Below, in pieces: positions 59,577-64,000 of a stretch of DNA of 64,000 bases. The stretch is from Guillardia theta CCMP2712. Lineage: Eukaryota > Protista > Cryptophyta. The notes beneath the pieces were generated by a model. That model ran no database searches and was not told the origin of the DNA. It saw only the letters and a list, made by a program, of their open reading frames with translations. Position numbers and translations under genes: made by a program. The stretch's first letter is position 1, and each line of letters starts with the position of its first letter. The stretch is from assembly GCF_000315625.1 (NCBI RefSeq), contig NW_005434494.1:34592-98591 (forward strand), in the 5' to 3' direction.

Positions 59577-61338
59577 TCACTGAGAGTTTTTGAATTTTGC
59601 TCGCATCTGCTGAAAACTCATGGAGTTCGCCATGTTGGCAGACATGCGAGCCTGGGAGAAGCTGTTATGCAGGATAGGAAGAAGAGAAGCGAAGAGGAGA
59701 AAAGAAAGCCAAACAGCAGCAGAAGGAACAGAGGAGAGAAGGAACAGAAGGAGGGGAAGCAGAAGGTGGGGGGGAAGAAGGGAAGAGGAGGAAGGAGAAG
59801 GGAGCTGGTAGGAGAGAAGGGAACCTTGCTCTGCTCCTGCTGGGCTACCATGTCCAGCTTGCCCTCCCCACCCTTGTCTTTGACTTTCTCTTCAGTGTTG
59901 AAGGCGTACAAGGCGCTCATGAAGTAGATTCCCCGCTGCCCGTTCTCCCACTCTACCTGCCACACCAGTCAGGGGAGGAGGAGAGAGTCAGGGGAGGAGG
60001 AGGAGAGAGTCAGTGGTGGAGGAGGAGAGAGTCGGTGGTGGAGGAGGAGAGAGTCGGTGGTGGAGGAGGAATTCAGTGGAAGAGGAGGATGCAGTCAACG
60101 GAGGAGAATGGAGTCGGGAAACGAGAGAGTCAGGGGAGGAGGAGAGATGAGAGCACTGTCTGCGTGCACAGATGGCAGACTGCTCTCAGTCTTACCTCAC
60201 ATGCAAACTTGCCGGGTAACACTCGCACAACCGTACCGCTGACGCCTGTGGAGGCAAGACAGACATGAGGGACCAGAGGCATCTCCACCATGCAGGTGAA
60301 GGAGCGAGGGAGAGTTGACGCTAGAGATCAGGCGGCAGCAAGATCATGATACATACAACTGGTGAGAATGAAACAAGAAGAAGATGAAACAACATAACCA
60401 TGAAATGACAACGCAAGGAAGATAAAACAAACAAAACGATGATACAAAACATCAAGATGAAGATGAAACGACAACTAGGTGACGAAGACGTAGACTTACC
60501 CTGCTGCTTGAACCTGCCGAGGTCCTTGCGGAGGTAATGAGTAGACGCCTGATACTCCTCGAACATTCTCACTCGTATCCCTTTCCGTCAGTCAGTCATC
60601 ATCCTCCTCCTCCCCAGCCCCGCTCCCGTCCTCTATCATTCCCTGCTCTATTCTCCACCTTGCTGCCTGCTGTGTCCTGCCCATGACCCTGCCCCCCCCC
60701 TTGCCCTCCTCTTTGATCTCCATCTCCTCCACCACCTCTTCATCTCCTCTCACCTTTACATATCTCACTTCCTCCCTCGTCTTCCGGCTTCCCAAGCACC
60801 ATTCGCTGTAAGAACCAGGTGAGGAGCACATTACATGCTCACTACCTCTCGATCCGCCTATGCCTGTGCCCCTGCCTCTCCCACTCCCTCTGCCGCTCGC
60901 TCTTCCTAGTCAGCAAGATGCACATGTATCCACGGATAAGACACTCAAGTACCACGAGGTAAGAGAGCAACACGTGTGGAATTTGCTCTGGCTCTTGCAT
61001 GCACAACTTCTCATGTTGGAGGAGAAGCCGATGTAGATAGATGCTCGAGCGAGATAGCGTAACTAGACAACGAGGGGAATACAAGGAAAGGGATAGGAAG
61101 GGGGAAGGAAGATGGGGCCATGGTGCATGGTGAACAAAACACAGCCTGCATACTGCTCCTGCTCCGGCCCCTGCTCCTGCCCATGTTCCTGCCCATGTTC
61201 CTGCTCCGGCCCCTGCTCCTGTCCTTACAGTTTCTTCTTCTCCTCATCATCTTCCTCTTCCTCTTCCTTCTCCTCCTCCTCCTGACTTACGTCGAACTTC
61301 TTTCTGCCGAACACATCCCATAAGTTCGGCGCCGCCAT
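59577..61338 (-). CDS. Hypothetical multi-exon protein, possible Mib/Herc2- or SH3-like beta domain
   Basis: ATG 61338 MAAPNLWDVFGRKKFD|GTAAGT. Exons include VRMFEEYQASTHYL, GVSGTVVRVLPGKFA, VEWENGQRGIY; last exon ends KFKNSQ*. Confidence 0.55.
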
Positions 61339-61633
61339 GGCTGCGGTATCTCCTCGACCTCAAGGGTAGGGGGGGTACGGTAAGGGTAGGGGTACATGGT
61401 AAGGGGTGGGGGGACCAATCAAACACCGGTCTAAATGTAGGAAAAGGAAGGGGTACTTGTGTATACAATGGGTAGGGTTGGAAGCACTCCATCAAAAAGG
61501 TAGGATGGTATGAAAATTTCTTCAAAACAGTGGGTACTAAAAGGTCAATCGAGGGGTAGGGGTATGTTCAATATAACCAGGGGAGGGTGCTTGGTTTCTC
61601 GGAGGAAAGGAAATGGCCTTTCGTTTAGCGCAC

Positions 61634-61675
<42 letters not shown>

Positions 61676-61676
61676 T

Positions 61677-61799
<123 letters not shown>

Positions 61800-62029
61800 G
61801 GCAGGAGCAGGAGCAGGGGCAGCAGGGGCAGGGGCAGGGGCAGGGGCAGGGGCAGGGGCAGGGGCAGGAGCAGAAGGAGCAGGAGAAGGAGAGGAAGGGA
61901 GAAGGAGAAGGAGCAGGAGCAGGAGCAGAAGGAGCAGGAGCAGGAGCAGGAGCAGGAGCGATGACGATGATAATATGCTTTGACATTGATTATGTGATTG
62001 ATAATGTGAGTTGACAAACGATGATACCG

Positions 62030-63745
62030 CAGGCGAACAGCAAGATCATGTTTAACGGATCTGTTCTTTATCCCCTGAGACCCATCAGTTACTCAACTCC
62101 CAGGTGAAGAACTCATGATATTCATGTTGTTATATGATACAGATGGTTTTACTCTGTTTGTTGTATGATACACAGATGTTTGTTTTCTGTCTTCTTTCTC
62201 CCCTCCATCGTTTGTTCCCTTCATTTTGTACCAAGTGTCCTCAATGCAATTCTTCCGTGCCTTTTCGTCTCCTGATTTTCTGTCTTGCGATTTGAAACTT
62301 TGGTCGATGAATTCACTGGGCTGCATGCAGGGAGGAATATTTCTTGCCAGGATGGGAACCTGAGTACCCCCTGACTGCCAAGGTGAGATGAAGTGAAGTA
62401 CATGTTGGAGATGATGAAGATGCTAATGAGGTTGAGGGTTCGTGAAGATGTATGTTGTTGACGTTTGGTTGTCCGTTGTGTTGTGTTGCATTCTGCTGCA
62501 GCTTGTGCTGATGTTGATGTTGTGTTTGCTGCTGTTGTTTTAGTTGTTTGTAAATCAAGATGACATGCTCATTCTGATGTGATTCTTGCCAAACTGCGTT
62601 TCAATCCCTGCTCCTCATCATCATCATCATCATCATCATCATCACCATCATCATCACCATCATCATCATCATCATCATCCTCTGAATCTTCTTGATGATG
62701 ATCCTCAACTTGCTTACCTGGTTGCTCAGCCCATCTCAACTCCTGGACCCTGGGGCTCCCATACCGACGCGTAAGTTCTTCCCTCCTCCCTCCCTCCCTC
62801 CACATCATCTCTTCTTACCACATCCTACTTAAGCCTTTGCTTCTTACTCTTTCCCTTCCTCTCTACATCTCCCTCTCCCTCCTCCACCTCCTCCCTTCTT
62901 CTCCCTCTCTGTCCTCGTTCCCTTCCCCTCTCCTCTCCCCTCCTCCCCCTCCTCTCTCCCTCCTTGTCCCTCTCTCCCTCCTCTCTCCCTCCTTGTCCCT
63001 CTCTCCCTCCTCTCTCCCCTCCTTGTCTCTCTCTCCCTCCTCCCTCTCTCTTCCCTCTCTCCCTCTCTCCCTCCTCCCTCCTCCCTTTTCCTTTCCTGCC
63101 CTCCTCTCACTTTGCTTCAGTTACTGGATGGTCCCCGAGAGCGAATACCATTGAACCTTGAACGTCTTCATATGTAGACTAGAGTGCACAGGAGGAGGAG
63201 GAGGAAAGAAAAACTTGATGATCATTGCAGTGTAGCTATTCAACCATGTCCTCTTCCAACTCACACCCTGGCTCCTTCCACTCCCCTGATCTCCCCCCCG
63301 CCCCCCACGCCTGCTCTCCCTCCTCCTCCTCCTCCTCCTCCTCCTCCCATCTTGTTCGAGTTCCTCTGGTTTATATTCACTCTTATTCTGTTTCCTCTGT
63401 CTTCACTTCCTCGCTTGTCTCCTGCATCGGCTCCTGGAAACTCAGTCAACCTCCACTCTGTCACTCTCCTCCTCCCCTCTCCCCTCCCCTCTCTTCTTCT
63501 TCCCCTCTCCTCCTCCCCTCTCTTCCTCCCTCCTTCCCCTCTCCTCTTCCCTCACTCCCCTCCCTCCCCGATTCTCCTCACTTGCTCCGACACACCTCTT
63601 CTTCTCCCCGTAAGTTCGCGTCCTCGTTCTCCTGGTTCAATCTTTCTCCCTGCTCCTCCTTTCTCTGCTTTTCCCTTGCGCAGGAGGCAAGAAAGAGCTC
63701 GCGCACTTGCTTCTCCGTAAGGCTCCACTGCTGGATAGTCTGAAG
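62030..63745 (-). CDS. Partial hypothetical gene (3' exons), probably extending beyond the window
   Basis: Short complex blocks with minus-strand donors (~62717-62772, ~63123-63178) between microsatellite introns. Confidence 0.3.
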
Positions 63746-63864
63746 CTCTTCCTACATCTTTCAGTCATTCCACAGCCGCCAGCTTCTACCCTACACTCCT
63801 CCATCTTGTACTGTCCCTCCGCCGCCGCCGCCACCACCACCACCATCATTATTTTCAACTCTAT

Positions 63865-64000
<136 letters not shown>

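Overview
This is eukaryotic nuclear DNA with many short spliceosomal introns that are often filled with microsatellites. The style and the expanded RWP-RK family suggest a cryptophyte-like alga (inference only). Left to right it holds: a hypothetical multi-exon gene; a small B12D/NDUFA4-like gene; an intron-rich AMP deaminase with an unusual hydrophobic C-tail; an SK/KCNN-like channel lacking the GYG filter; and an array of 8 RWP-RK transcription-factor genes over ~21 kb, with intron-bearing and intronless copies whose identity is restricted to the coding region. Three PIF/Harbinger-type MITEs lie in or just after that array. Next is a Crinkler/RHS-type NTPase + PD-(D/E)xK nuclease gene with signal peptide, LRLKGG motif and a coiled-coil repeat. 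A transposon nest follows: a gypsy remnant, a Crypton-like fragment, and a TIR-bounded MULE carrying a 41-bp minisatellite and an AT-rich, inverted-repeat-bracketed, virus-like double GIY-YIG gene. The window ends with a KCNH/CNG-family channel and two hypothetical minus-strand genes. Most short ORFs in the supplied track are microsatellite or antisense artefacts. Exon boundaries were read by eye.
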